Virus record (IMG/VR): IMGVR_UViG_3300005686_000008
Reading direction: 5' to 3' (one strand)
From: a virus
Lineage: Duplodnaviria; Caudoviricetes
DNA length: 64,000 bases
In this document: positions 44,625 through 55,300 of the stretch, one piece after another
Position numbering within the stretch: the stretch's first letter is position 1
Layout: each line of letters begins with the position of its first letter
The notes under the pieces: generated by a model
What the model was told of the DNA's origin: nothing
The model's input: the letters and a program-made list of their open reading frames with translations, nothing else
Databases searched by the model: none
Program-made: the position numbers and the translations under genes

Positions 44625-45170
44625 ATGAAAGGCTTTACTCTCATCGAGTTGCTTGTTGTTATAGCGATAGTTGCGATACTCTTATCTCTTGCTATGACGG
44701 CTCTTTCAAAATCTCGTGATACAGCAAGGGGAGCCATCTGTAAAAACAATCTACACCAACTCGCAACTTCTATTCAAATGTACTCGTTTCAATATAATGA
44801 TTTACCAGACGCTTGCCTTATCGAGGGCATGATTTCAGAACATTCTCTTTCAATAAAGCTAGAAAACTTTCTAGACGCTCCAAAACCAGAAATCGGCAAA
44901 AGAGTAAACCCTTGGTGTTGTCCGTTTGACGAGCGATATTATAAACTCTGCGGAGGCAGTTATCATTATGCTCCTGCATCATTACGAAATACCTATACTC
45001 TTCCAGTTTTGAAGATTTACGAGAGTATTCCAAGGATGGCTCTTCTTACGGACATTTCTCCAAGAAAAGATAGCAGTTATCATCTTGCGAGGATTGACGG
45101 TTCGGTTATAGATGCGAATAGGACGACGCCTTTTCCTGATACAAGGTGGTTGTTTGATTATCGAAGGTAA
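44625..45170 (+). CDS. prepilin-type (DUF1559-like) protein
   Basis: KGFTLIELLVVIAIVAILLS...CKNNLHQL...WCCP.D. Confidence 0.85.
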   Translation: MKGFTLIELLVVIAIVAILLSLAMTALSKSRDTARGAICKNNLHQLATSIQMYSFQYNDLPDACLIEGMISEHSLSIKLENFLDAPKPEIGKRVNPWCCPFDERYYKLCGGSYHYAPASLRNTYTLPVLKIYESIPRMALLTDISPRKDSSYHLARIDGSVIDANRTTPFPDTRWLFDYRR

Positions 45171-45189
45171 GGACTGCCGATACTCTAGT

Positions 45190-45483
45190 ATGGCAAAGAA
45201 ACCAATCAAAGAAAAGAAACTAACCAAAGAGAAGATAGCATCGCAAATTGTAAACGAAGCATGTCATCTATACAATAAGATTTTATTTGGACAAAAGAAG
45301 CTCAAAGGAACTTTTGAGGATTTACAACAAGTTTTGGTTGCTTGTATTTATTGCGTTCGAAGCAACAACTATAACGAGGCTCTTATAATTCTTGAAGACT
45401 TATCTTCTGTAAAGAGGTCTAGCAAGACCTTGCGAGACTTGATTACGAAGCACAACGATCTTACAAAGAAATCTAGCACATAA
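45190..45483 (+). CDS. hypothetical protein
   Basis: ORF. Confidence 0.55.
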   Translation: MAKKPIKEKKLTKEKIASQIVNEACHLYNKILFGQKKLKGTFEDLQQVLVACIYCVRSNNYNEALIILEDLSSVKRSSKTLRDLITKHNDLTKKSST

Positions 45484-45736
45484 CGATTTGGCTATTACGA
45501 ATAAAGTAATGGGACTTACATCCGCCCCGATGCTGTAACGAAGGTTCAAACGTTACAGAGCCATCGGGGTTCTTCGTTAATGTCCAACCATCATTCCATC
45601 TTGGCTTGATAGAAATAGCAATTTTTGAACCGCAACCGCATCCGCAAAGATGGACAGAGCAGCCATACTCTTCAGATATGTATAAAGTATCCTTTTCGAC
45701 CTCATTGGGGATATACTCGCAAAAGACAGTTTTCAT
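45473..45736 (-). CDS. DUF6527-like Cys/His protein
   Basis: HLCGCGCG...WTL...GSVTFEPS...CKSHYFI. Confidence 0.75.
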   Translation of the reverse strand: MKTVFCEYIPNEVEKDTLYISEEYGCSVHLCGCGCGSKIAISIKPRWNDGWTLTKNPDGSVTFEPSLQHRGGCKSHYFIRNSQIVMC

Positions 45737-45897
45737 GGATTTTTCTTTCTTTAGATTGATTCTTGGGCTATCTGTATATGCATAGCAATGTTACATCAAA
45801 CCTTGTTTTTCTATAAAGGGAGAAGGTTAGATGATGTCGAAATAAGAAGGGTACAGGATAATTTCGCGCAAAGGCATAAAGCAAGGGATTGGTTTTT

Positions 45898-47592
45898 ATG
45901 TGTGAACATTGCACAAATGATGGTTTAGAAAAGTTTGCTCTTCTCATGGGAAGGCATTTTACTATATATCCATTTCATCAATCCTTAGCAATGCTTCCGC
46001 CCGACATTCAACAGCTTACAGTCAATCGTTATCAAACGCTACTAAACAACCCTGCTTCGGGAGCGAACATCAAACCCATAACAAGAAGCAATGGAGAGAT
46101 GTATGCGGCGGAGATAACAAAAGGGCATCCTGGGTATAGGGCATTAGCCTATAAGCTAGGCGAAATCTTTGTTTGGTATTGGATTGGGGCGCATCGAGAA
46201 TACGAAAAGATGATTTATAAGAGTATTCCGGTTGAAGCCATAAGGAAAGCTCAAAAGGAGTTAGCGAACATGACAAATAAGAAATCTTCGGAATATTTCA
46301 ATCTTAGCAAAGAGGCCCAAGCGGAACCTCCTTATATTCCAGAAGGCGTACAGCCAAATCCTGAATATCAGCAAATGCTAGATAATCATGCCAAGAATCC
46401 AACTCGTTGCTCTCAGTGCGGCGAAGTTATGGACCATAAGAACGTACTAAGTCCATCGCATCCTATGATATATGATTGTCATAAGTGCGGACACAGGTTC
46501 AATCCTGATAATGAAAAGTTTACAGGAAAGTTTGCTCAGTTTGAGGGAAGCATGGGATTACCATCTATTCCTCCATCGCAACCGCCAACAGATCCTACTC
46601 TTCCAAAATCTCCTAATAACAAGTTTGATGAATGTCCGCAATGCGGAGGTCCGATGTCTGATTGGGAGGAGGGGGAGGTTGATGCTTGGAACCAAAGTAC
46701 CGAGACTCATTATACAAAGCCAAGCGGCAAAGAATACAGGACATGCGCCGAGTGCGGTTATAAAGAAGAGCAAGAAGTTTACAACCCAAGAAACGACCCC
46801 GACTATCAGTATGAGAGGATGAGGGATGACGAAATGGACGGGGGAAGATTTGCTTCATCTCTTGGCGCGAAAATTGCCGCTGGCGAGCATCCATCAAAAG
46901 GCGAAGGTCATAAGTGTATGAAGTGCGGCAAGCCAACGCAAGCTGGTTGGGGACCAACGATGTGCGCCGAGTGCGCGAAAAACGAAAAGAAGGCAGGTTC
47001 TTATTTTGATTTGTCAAAGGTATCTCAGGTGAAGAGCGAAACTTGTCCGAAGTGTCATAGCGGGTTTTTATCTCAATGGGAGATGGAGCAAAAGCCATCA
47101 GACCAAGGAACGATGGGTATAACGAACATGCTCAGTCGTTCTTGTAGCAACGATATGTGCGATTTTTATGAAACGAAGCCATATCAAGCCGAGCAGCCCG
47201 GCGGCAATCCTTGGGCCGGTTCAGACTTCTTAGGCAAGGATTCGGATATCCCGGACAGCGATTTTGGTAATAACGATTCTATTGTAGCTTCGGGATCTGG
47301 GAGGAAGACGGCTCAGTTTTTTGACGAAGCGATTCAGCAACCGAATAATGAAGTTATTCCTTGTAACAGGTGCGGCGAGCAGAAGCCTGATGTTGAGGAG
47401 AGGAACTCGTATGGGATATATGCTGGCAGGATGTGCGCTGAGTGCGCATATGATTCATACAGGGATCATTGCGGTCTTGTAAAGAATCCTGACGGAACGT
47501 ACAGCGAAGGCTCTCAGGGGGATACGAGGGAGTTAGAGGACATGGGGGAAGTTATAGAACCGGACGGCAATGACGAAATGAGATATTACTAA
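45898..47592 (+). CDS. modular protein: RelE/ParE-like N-terminal domain plus five zinc-ribbon modules
   Basis: YRALA...VWYWIGAHREYE; repeated CxxC pairs separated by KxAQ-type linkers. Confidence 0.7.
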   Translation: MCEHCTNDGLEKFALLMGRHFTIYPFHQSLAMLPPDIQQLTVNRYQTLLNNPASGANIKPITRSNGEMYAAEITKGHPGYRALAYKLGEIFVWYWIGAHREYEKMIYKSIPVEAIRKAQKELANMTNKKSSEYFNLSKEAQAEPPYIPEGVQPNPEYQQMLDNHAKNPTRCSQCGEVMDHKNVLSPSHPMIYDCHKCGHRFNPDNEKFTGKFAQFEGSMGLPSIPPSQPPTDPTLPKSPNNKFDECPQCGGPMSDWEEGEVDAWNQSTETHYTKPSGKEYRTCAECGYKEEQEVYNPRNDPDYQYERMRDDEMDGGRFASSLGAKIAAGEHPSKGEGHKCMKCGKPTQAGWGPTMCAECAKNEKKAGSYFDLSKVSQVKSETCPKCHSGFLSQWEMEQKPSDQGTMGITNMLSRSCSNDMCDFYETKPYQAEQPGGNPWAGSDFLGKDSDIPDSDFGNNDSIVASGSGRKTAQFFDEAIQQPNNEVIPCNRCGEQKPDVEERNSYGIYAGRMCAECAYDSYRDHCGLVKNPDGTYSEGSQGDTRELEDMGEVIEPDGNDEMRYY

Positions 47593-47675
47593 ACGTGGAA
47601 GTTTTGGATCTGCGCGAAAAAAAATGGGCCGAAAAATTTTGCGAGCGTGGCCGAGCTAAGGGAATGGGGGATTAA

Positions 47676-47873
47676 ATGTCTACATGGTATGAACTATCAA
47701 AAAAGGCGGACGGGCAGTGGCAGAACGTTGGCCTAGCTGAGGTTCAAGACAATGATACGTTTAGAGAGAAGATTCTTGATATGTACAAGAAGAGGTTTCC
47801 TATTCTTCAAATATCAAGACAATTAGGTGTTGGTCTTCATGCCGTTGAGTCAATAGTAAAAGATTCTCTGTAA
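47676..47873 (+). CDS. small HTH protein
   Basis: ILQISRQLGVGLHAVESIV; N-terminal WYELSKKA. Confidence 0.65.
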   Translation: MSTWYELSKKADGQWQNVGLAEVQDNDTFREKILDMYKKRFPILQISRQLGVGLHAVESIVKDSL

Positions 47874-47891
47874 CAAGTGTCAGGAATAAAG

Positions 47892-48257
47892 ATGGCTTGG
47901 TATAAGATAGCACAACTAGCAACAAAGCAACAACTAGTACAAGCCATTGTTCAGGTCAAAGGTACTTTAATTGATAACGGCAGTAGCGTTTCTTGCCTTG
48001 CTCCTCATAAAATGATATGGAATTCTTCTTCCAATCATGAACTAAGTATCATGTATGAGCGAGGATGGAAAAAAGGCGAAGTATATTATGAATTATTACA
48101 AGAGGTTCTCATGGGAGTTTCTCAGTGTAACGATCCAGAATGCGAGTGGTGTAGCGAATTAGGTAATGAAGGCTCTCCAATGGGATTACCATATGGAACA
48201 AATCCAAGAGATTGCATTGTTATAAATGGAGTCCTTCAGCAAAAGGGTGTTGTATAA
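47892..48257 (+). CDS. hypothetical protein
   Basis: N-terminal MAWYKIAQ. Confidence 0.65.
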   Translation: MAWYKIAQLATKQQLVQAIVQVKGTLIDNGSSVSCLAPHKMIWNSSSNHELSIMYERGWKKGEVYYELLQEVLMGVSQCNDPECEWCSELGNEGSPMGLPYGTNPRDCIVINGVLQQKGVV

Positions 48258-49804
48258 TGACAGTATTTGCTTCTAAAATAGATTCTCCCAGAGACCCAAG
48301 ACAGCCTTGGGAAATGACTGGACAAGAATACTTGGCAGACAATTATACTGGCAGTATTTCTTCTGGCGCTTACGATTCTTATGCTGACTCTAAAGGCCTT
48401 GATTGGGTAAAATATGAAAAATTTGGAATACTGATTGATACTCTTAATATAAATGGTCAACCTGTAGAAATACGAGCAAAACAAGAAAAGAACAAATATG
48501 TAAAGCATGATGAAAATGATGAAATTGTTCGAGACCAAAAAGGGATGGCCTTATATCTTACTGATGAAGAGATTCAATCTAAAGGATATTCATTAGAAGA
48601 GTTTACTATTGCGGCTTTTGCGAATAAGATTCCCGTAGGTATTGCGAGCGATGAATGGGGAGCATCTGGTGTCTGGGTTGTAAAGGATTTTCAACGTCAA
48701 GGTTTAGGTATTCGATTACTAGAAGAATTACATCGCCTAAATCCTCGTCTCGCGAAAAATAGGCTTGGTCAAATGACAAATGCTGGTTGGAACATGACAA
48801 AAGCCTATCATAAACGTCTTGTTCAAAAGGCCTTGCAAGAAGGGAAGAGTGTTCCTCAAAATGTTTTACAAGAATATCCGGAATTTGCTAATCAAAAACA
48901 ATCTATGGTTACATATTTCGAACTAGAAAAAATTGCAGATAGACTAACTATTGCGCCAAATGTTTATCCAGAGGACAGACCAATTCTAAAAGACTCTGAT
49001 TATGTTAGAGTTTTTCATGGATTTAGGGATATGGAAGATGCGATAGCAGCATGTCGTTATGGTATATCTGGAAAATCTAGAGTTGGAAGAGTTTATTCGT
49101 ATGAGGCTGACAACAATCCAACAGGCTTATTTGTTACAACCAATCCAAAGGCGGCTGCTGAGTTTGGTGAAGTCATCATTGAGTTCCATGCAAAAGGAAC
49201 AGAGCTAGAGGCTCCTGTTTGGCCGGGAGGCTCATATACCGTTCAAGGTCAAATGGCTCAATACTTTGGTAATAACAAAGCTAAAAGAGAAGAAGCAAGA
49301 CAGTTAGCCCGACAAAGGGCCATTGAAAGAGGATTTGATCCTATCAGCAAGAGCGACCGTCCTGAACTTGCAAATACTCTCATGGCATTTGGAGAAAACC
49401 AAGCGCTCTTTATTGGGCATCTTAATCCAAACAGAATAACTAGAGTCTGGTTGAGAGGAAATAGAGGAGAGCTTCATGTTCTTTCTCGAAGAGAGTTTCT
49501 TGTAAAAAACAAGGGTTACAATTTCTCTCAAAAGAGCGGCAAAGATGCATGGCAAGCATCTCATAGAGCATTTCGAGTTGATGAAGACTTCAATCCAGAT
49601 AAGTTAGTTCAATGGCTTTCTTCCAAATATGGAAATCGTTGGTCTTTCGATGAGGCCAAGAAAATCCTTGTAAGAGCTTTAGGCGCTAAAGACTTATACA
49701 CAATGAAGTATGAGTTATTGAAGTATGTTTGGCCGAAACAGTTACCTGCCGCTCTAAGATGGCTTGGCAGGGAATACAGGGCAACCAACAAATTAACGCC
49801 TTAA
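48257..49804 (+). CDS. GNAT acetyltransferase plus ADP-ribosyltransferase-like fusion
   Basis: VWVVKDFQRQGLG; RVFHG...GLFVTTN..AAAEFG. Confidence 0.7.
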   Translation: MTVFASKIDSPRDPRQPWEMTGQEYLADNYTGSISSGAYDSYADSKGLDWVKYEKFGILIDTLNINGQPVEIRAKQEKNKYVKHDENDEIVRDQKGMALYLTDEEIQSKGYSLEEFTIAAFANKIPVGIASDEWGASGVWVVKDFQRQGLGIRLLEELHRLNPRLAKNRLGQMTNAGWNMTKAYHKRLVQKALQEGKSVPQNVLQEYPEFANQKQSMVTYFELEKIADRLTIAPNVYPEDRPILKDSDYVRVFHGFRDMEDAIAACRYGISGKSRVGRVYSYEADNNPTGLFVTTNPKAAAEFGEVIIEFHAKGTELEAPVWPGGSYTVQGQMAQYFGNNKAKREEARQLARQRAIERGFDPISKSDRPELANTLMAFGENQALFIGHLNPNRITRVWLRGNRGELHVLSRREFLVKNKGYNFSQKSGKDAWQASHRAFRVDEDFNPDKLVQWLSSKYGNRWSFDEAKKILVRALGAKDLYTMKYELLKYVWPKQLPAALRWLGREYRATNKLTP

Positions 49805-50347
49805 ATATTGTTGAACCCAGTACATATCAATAGCATAGTAGTTTTTTACGTTGATTACTGAGGTATCAGTTCTAACAACATTAATAGTTCCGTTTTCTAC
49901 TATAAAGAAGTCCTGCATAAGCTGAAGATTTGGAACCTGTTCATACATCTTTATCATGGGAAGGACATAGTTACGTCTCATGAAATATGGAGCATACAAG
50001 TAACTTCCGCCTCCTTCGCCATACCAGTACAAGATCTTATCATTAGGGCAAGCCCACGGCATTATTCTTTGTTCTACTGAACCGGAAGGAGCAGAGATAA
50101 ATGATGATAGTTTGTATGATAGATTTAGTTCTGGAACAGAACATTCTCTTCCAAATGCATCTGGAAAGTCTTTCCTTTCATCAACGTACATTTGAATGCC
50201 TGTCGCTATTTGTCTGAGATTATTTCTGCAAACGATCTCTCTAGATGTAAACCTAGCCTTTGCAAGAGTAGGCGTAATGATGGCAATAAGAAGTCCGATA
50301 ATAAAAATCACAACAAGCAATTCTATTATTGTAAAACCCTTTGCCAT
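49793..50347 (-). CDS. prepilin-type (DUF1559-like) protein
   Basis: KGFTIIELLVVIFIIGLL...CRNNLRQI...WACP.D; paralog of 44625..45170. Confidence 0.85.
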   Translation of the reverse strand: MAKGFTIIELLVVIFIIGLLIAIITPTLAKARFTSREIVCRNNLRQIATGIQMYVDERKDFPDAFGRECSVPELNLSYKLSSFISAPSGSVEQRIMPWACPNDKILYWYGEGGGSYLYAPYFMRRNYVLPMIKMYEQVPNLQLMQDFFIVENGTINVVRTDTSVINVKNYYAIDMYWVQQYLRR

Positions 50348-50446
50348 ATACACTTAAGTATATATAGGGAGTTTGTAGTCCTCCTATTTTAACATAAATA
50401 CGGCGTTCTTTGTGTTTTTTGGCATTACATGACGATGTTTGTGATT

Positions 50447-50695
50447 ATGGCAAAATCAAAAGGGCGGCGGGGATTAATCACAACCAAGGACTTTGTAAGA
50501 ACGCTTTCCAAGATGGGGATAAGTTGCAAGCAAGTTGAGGGCGGTTATAAGTTTGTGAACCCCAAAACAAAGCAAACAAGCAACATTCATGCTCATGGGG
50601 AAAAGCACGAATTAAATCCATCTGTTATTAAGAAAACTGTTATATGGCTCGGTTTGGATTACGATCAGTTCAATTCGGCGGTTTTTGATCAGTAG
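50447..50695 (+). CDS. HicA-like protein
   Basis: L.KMG....VEGG....P......IH.H...EL....IK, HicA-fold pattern. Confidence 0.55.
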   Translation: MAKSKGRRGLITTKDFVRTLSKMGISCKQVEGGYKFVNPKTKQTSNIHAHGEKHELNPSVIKKTVIWLGLDYDQFNSAVFDQ

Positions 50696-51752
50696 GCTCA
50701 AAAGGCTCTTGGTCATACTGGGGTTCATAGAGCGGCGGCATTGGAGGGGATGGTTTCTTTCTAGTAGGGAATTTAGAACCAACTTCTTTAAGTTGTTTAT
50801 CCCAATGTCTAAAATCTGTCATATTGCTTAGTTTGCTCATGACTGATTCTATTTCACTAGAATCTTCTCCTGTCGCTTCGGAAATAAACGCCAACATCGG
50901 ACCTGATTGGTGAGATGTATTGATAACCAAGTTAATTGAGGATATAGCCAAATTAAAAGGCATATTTGGAATTTGTAATATCATTTTATAAGCATTCTCA
51001 ACTCGGTCTCTAGTTTCGTCTATTCCTCTTTGTTGCCAGAACTCATACCAAATAGGGAAACATGCAAACTGCATAAATTCGAAAAGTATTTCCTCAAGAC
51101 CATAAAACTGAGATAATGCAGAAATAAGTTGTATCATATCATCTTGGTAGAATGTATTTACAAACTCGGAAAAATCCATTTCTTTATAATATTGTTCCAA
51201 TTCTTCTTTTATCTGGTCTTCTGTTTTTTCATTTCCTGAGTCAGAGATAAGATTTTCTAGATCAGCTTCAATTAGTTCATTTTTACAATCATTGAGCCAT
51301 GCTGATATTACTTCAGCTTCTCCGCTTTTTACAGCATAATCCATTTTTTCAAACACTATGCTTGGGTCAATGTTTTTAACATTCTTTTCAACATTAGCTT
51401 CTGTAAGAATTAATTCAGCGACTGCTTCTGGAGTATGACCGTATATATCATCCCATTGTTTAATTCTGTCTTCTGCCCATATTGCAGGCGAAAGAAGCGC
51501 GTGGCCTTGTAGCCAAGTGGCAAAAACTGGTTCTAATATATTAGCAATATCCTGAATACATTGTCGAGTAGAGGCTTCTAAGCCTTTGAGAATATTTTCA
51601 TATCTTTTGGGATAACCCTTAAAACCTTGAGTAGTAATTCTTTGATATTTGTAAACAAGTTCATAGAGAGTCTCAAGACAACTAATAAGAGATCTATTGT
51701 TGTATTGTTTATCCCAGATTTGGCCGTATTTTGCTAGTTCAAACCATCTCAT
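50670..51752 (-). CDS. hypothetical protein with N-terminal WF tag
   Basis: MRWFELAKYGQ; long ORF. Confidence 0.75.
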   Translation of the reverse strand: MRWFELAKYGQIWDKQYNNRSLISCLETLYELVYKYQRITTQGFKGYPKRYENILKGLEASTRQCIQDIANILEPVFATWLQGHALLSPAIWAEDRIKQWDDIYGHTPEAVAELILTEANVEKNVKNIDPSIVFEKMDYAVKSGEAEVISAWLNDCKNELIEADLENLISDSGNEKTEDQIKEELEQYYKEMDFSEFVNTFYQDDMIQLISALSQFYGLEEILFEFMQFACFPIWYEFWQQRGIDETRDRVENAYKMILQIPNMPFNLAISSINLVINTSHQSGPMLAFISEATGEDSSEIESVMSKLSNMTDFRHWDKQLKEVGSKFPTRKKPSPPMPPLYEPQYDQEPFEPTDQKPPN

Positions 51753-51835
51753 GCTTATTATCTTATCGTAAAAAATGAAGTATTCCTTGTTGCTCAAAGG
51801 AAAAGGCCCTTCTTTTTCGATAATATAAGTAAGAT

Positions 51836-52333
51836 ATGTGGTATACTTTAGCCTCAGAAGGAACGGTCACGTTATATCATGGCACAAGTCGTGAGAATTA
51901 TCTTTTAATGAAAATAAGCGGAGTTTTCAAAAGGTCAGGAGTTGCGAATCTAACCACTAATAAAAAGTCAGCTATAGCTTGGGCGAGAGCAATAGCAGGA
52001 GATGACGATCTTGTTGTTTTAACATTTGTTGTACCTGTTGAAATGCTTGATTACAATCTTAATGTTGAAAACGTTCTTGGTCTTACTGATATACCAATGA
52101 AGTTTTGCAAAAAAGTAGAAAAAATACGTCCTGTAGACGAGATAATAGATCCAACAGATGTTATACATGATACAAGGATTAAGAATCTCAAACCAGAAGA
52201 TATGTCTAATCCATCCAACCCTCAGCATGAAAAGCAAATTCAGGACAAGTTGAGTGAATTACGCAGAAATCCTAGTGCATATATCCCTGCATGGATGAAG
52301 AATGATCCGAGATTAAAGGGCTATCTAAGATGA
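51836..52333 (+). CDS. ADP-ribosyltransferase-like protein
   Basis: TLYHGTS...LTTNKKSA..WA. Confidence 0.65.
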   Translation: MWYTLASEGTVTLYHGTSRENYLLMKISGVFKRSGVANLTTNKKSAIAWARAIAGDDDLVVLTFVVPVEMLDYNLNVENVLGLTDIPMKFCKKVEKIRPVDEIIDPTDVIHDTRIKNLKPEDMSNPSNPQHEKQIQDKLSELRRNPSAYIPAWMKNDPRLKGYLR

Positions 52334-55300
52334 ATTGGTACAAGAAAGCACATCAAATGAAGAAGAAAGCAAACGGGCCATGTCCGCAATGCGGCGGTCC
52401 TATGGTTAAGAGGAAGAACAGTAAAACCGGACAAGAATTTTGGGGTTGTTCTAACTACTCAAAGGGATGCAGGGGAACAAAACCTGTTGAAGCTCCTCGC
52501 CAGCAGCCTCAAGCTCCTCAACCAGCTATAGCTCGCCCTCAACCAATTCAGGCTCCGGTTCCAGCTCCTGCGGATAAAAAACTATGGCTTCTCGCAACCA
52601 TGCTTGATGATGGAACTCCTATTGCTGTTACCAGAGGCGTAAACGGGTGGGAGTATAAGAGAGAAAACGGAGAAGAAGGAACTCTTCCAAACGCTAATAT
52701 TGCTAATCTAATAAAGTCTGTTGAAAAAGACGGCAAGAAAGTAAGCGGAGCAGCGCCTGAAGAAGTGTTTAAAATATTCCACCAAATGAACAATCAGCAA
52801 CCTCAAGAGGTTGAAAAGCCAAAGGAAGAGGGAGTTAAGGGAAGAATACCTGCTGATAGAATGAGTCCTCATCAAAAGGGGATTGAGAATTCATTCCTAA
52901 ATACTCAGCAAAGTGTTATGATAAATGCATTAGCAGGCACGGGTAAGACAACAATGCTTCGCCACTTGGCGACTTTCAAAGACCCTGGAGCAAAATGGCT
53001 CTATCTTGTTTTCAACAAGAAGAATCAACTTGAAGCGTCTGAGGGTAAAGGCAAATTCCCTAATGGAGTTGAAGTAAAAACAAGTCACTCATTCCTTGGA
53101 CAAGTTTTAGGTCGCAGCGCTGATCTCAATGCTATTCAAAAAACAGACTTATGGAATAGAGGCGGAGAAAGAATATCAGTCATTCTAGATAGTATGATGG
53201 AGGGAGATAATACTTTCCCTCAATCTGTTCGTTTTGTTGCAAAGCAGGTTATTAAACAAGTTGCGAGCTGGAGTAAGGGTTTTGCTGTTAATCCGGCGTC
53301 CCTGAATGCAGCAGAACAAGTTGCTGCCATAATCAAGCAATATGGGGTTGACACGGATCTTTCTACAAATAAAGACAATCCGCAACCCGGAAGAGCAATT
53401 GATTATACTCCTCAGATAATTGATAAAGTTTTAGACCTTCTTCATTATTGCTTGCCAGGCAATGCCCCAAGCGCAGAACTCGGAATTATGAGAGACCATG
53501 ATGACACGTTATGGTATTCTGCGATTAACCCAAATATCAAGTGGCCTCGTTATGATGTTGTTTTGGCTGACGAAGTACAAGACTTCAATCGTTGTCAAAC
53601 TTTCATGCTTCAAAAACTTTCAGAAGCAGGAGCGAGAGTTGTTGCGGTAGGAGATCCAAATCAGTGTCAACCTGCGGGAACTATAATATCTTTGACTAAT
53701 GGAATTTCTAAACCAATAGAGAACGTTGTTGCTGGAGATGAAGTAATAACATATAACACAAAGAAAAGTTATTTCCCTGGAACAAAAAATCAAGGAAGGA
53801 AAGTTATACAAGTTGCGTCTAGAGATTTCTATGGTCAACTTATAACAATTAAAACGTCAAAATATGAACACAAATGTACACCAAATCACAGGTGCCTTGT
53901 TAAATTTAATGCTGATAATAAATATGCGCTATATCTAATGATAAAAGGAGATTCGGCAAGAGTTGGCATTGCTAAAGTGAAATATTTTCAATCATTTGGA
54001 CCAGCAATGAGAGCTATATCGGAAGAAGCGGATAGTCTTTGGGTTTTAGATGTTTTTGAAACTCAAGAAAAAGCCAGATTGGAGGAAATGCTTACTTGGT
54101 CTAAATTTGGTTTACCTGGTCTTATATTTAAACATAATGGGCAAAAAACAGGATCACAAGAATTTATTGATAAGTTTTACAATCAACTTGGAAATAATCT
54201 AGAAAAAGCTAAAAAATGCCTTTCTCATTATGGAAGAGATTTTTCTTATCCTCTTTGGACAAAAAAAGAACAGGAAAGATTTGGAACGTTAAAACAGAAT
54301 TATATTGGTAGTAAGAAAAGCTTTGTAACTCAATCTTGTAATCTAATTTCTGGAGCTATGCAAGTTAGAACTTTTGAGGGATCTAATAGGGGAGGAAATT
54401 GGGAAACAATTCAGGTATCAAGAGAAGATTCTAATTGTAAAGTTTATAGTCTCGAAGTTGAACCAACAGAAGATGGGAAAAGATTATATATAGCAAATAA
54501 TATAGTTACTCATAACTCTATTTATATGTTTAGAGGAGCTGATGCTCAGGCTTTCAATTCTGTACAACAAGTTCTTGGTAACGCTCCTAATGGCAATGCC
54601 CCGCATTCTCTTCCTGTCAACTATCGCAGCGGTCGCAAGATTATACAATACGTCAATGAGAATACTCACGTTAAGGATCTTCAAGCCGGCAAGGATTTTG
54701 ACGGAACTGTAACAGAGAATCGTCCTGCTGAAGAAGCTGTTAGCGGCATAGTTACAGAAAAGAATAGAGGCGGCAGGCTTGCAATGCAAACCTCATTTAT
54801 TGCAAGAACAAACGCTCCTCTTGTTAGGACGGCTCTTGATTTAATGTCAAATGATGTAGATTTCGTTATGATAGGAAGAGATTTTTCCAAAGAGCTTACA
54901 GACCATATTGAAAACGTAACTGGCAAAGGAAGAAACGCCAAAGTTATTCCTATTAACAATCTTGACATGGCGCTCATTGATTATGTTTCTAGAATGGAAA
55001 ATGCTTGGAAGGGAAAAATAAGCAAAGAAGGCGAACTCAAGGAAATGAAGATCATTAATGATGCCCTTATGGACGTTATTGAGTTTCTAAAAAGAAACAA
55101 CTTCAGAGACAGAAAACTCAACGTTCAGGTTACAAACAGCACAACATTTATTTCTTACATAAAGCAGAAGTTTTCTGGCGTAAATATTGACGACGCTGCT
55201 GAAGCTCAGAAGTTAAGAGAAAGAGACCCTCTATCTTTTGTAACATTAACTTCTGCTCACAGATCCAAGGGTCTTGAGTTTGATAGAGTTTTCATTCTTG

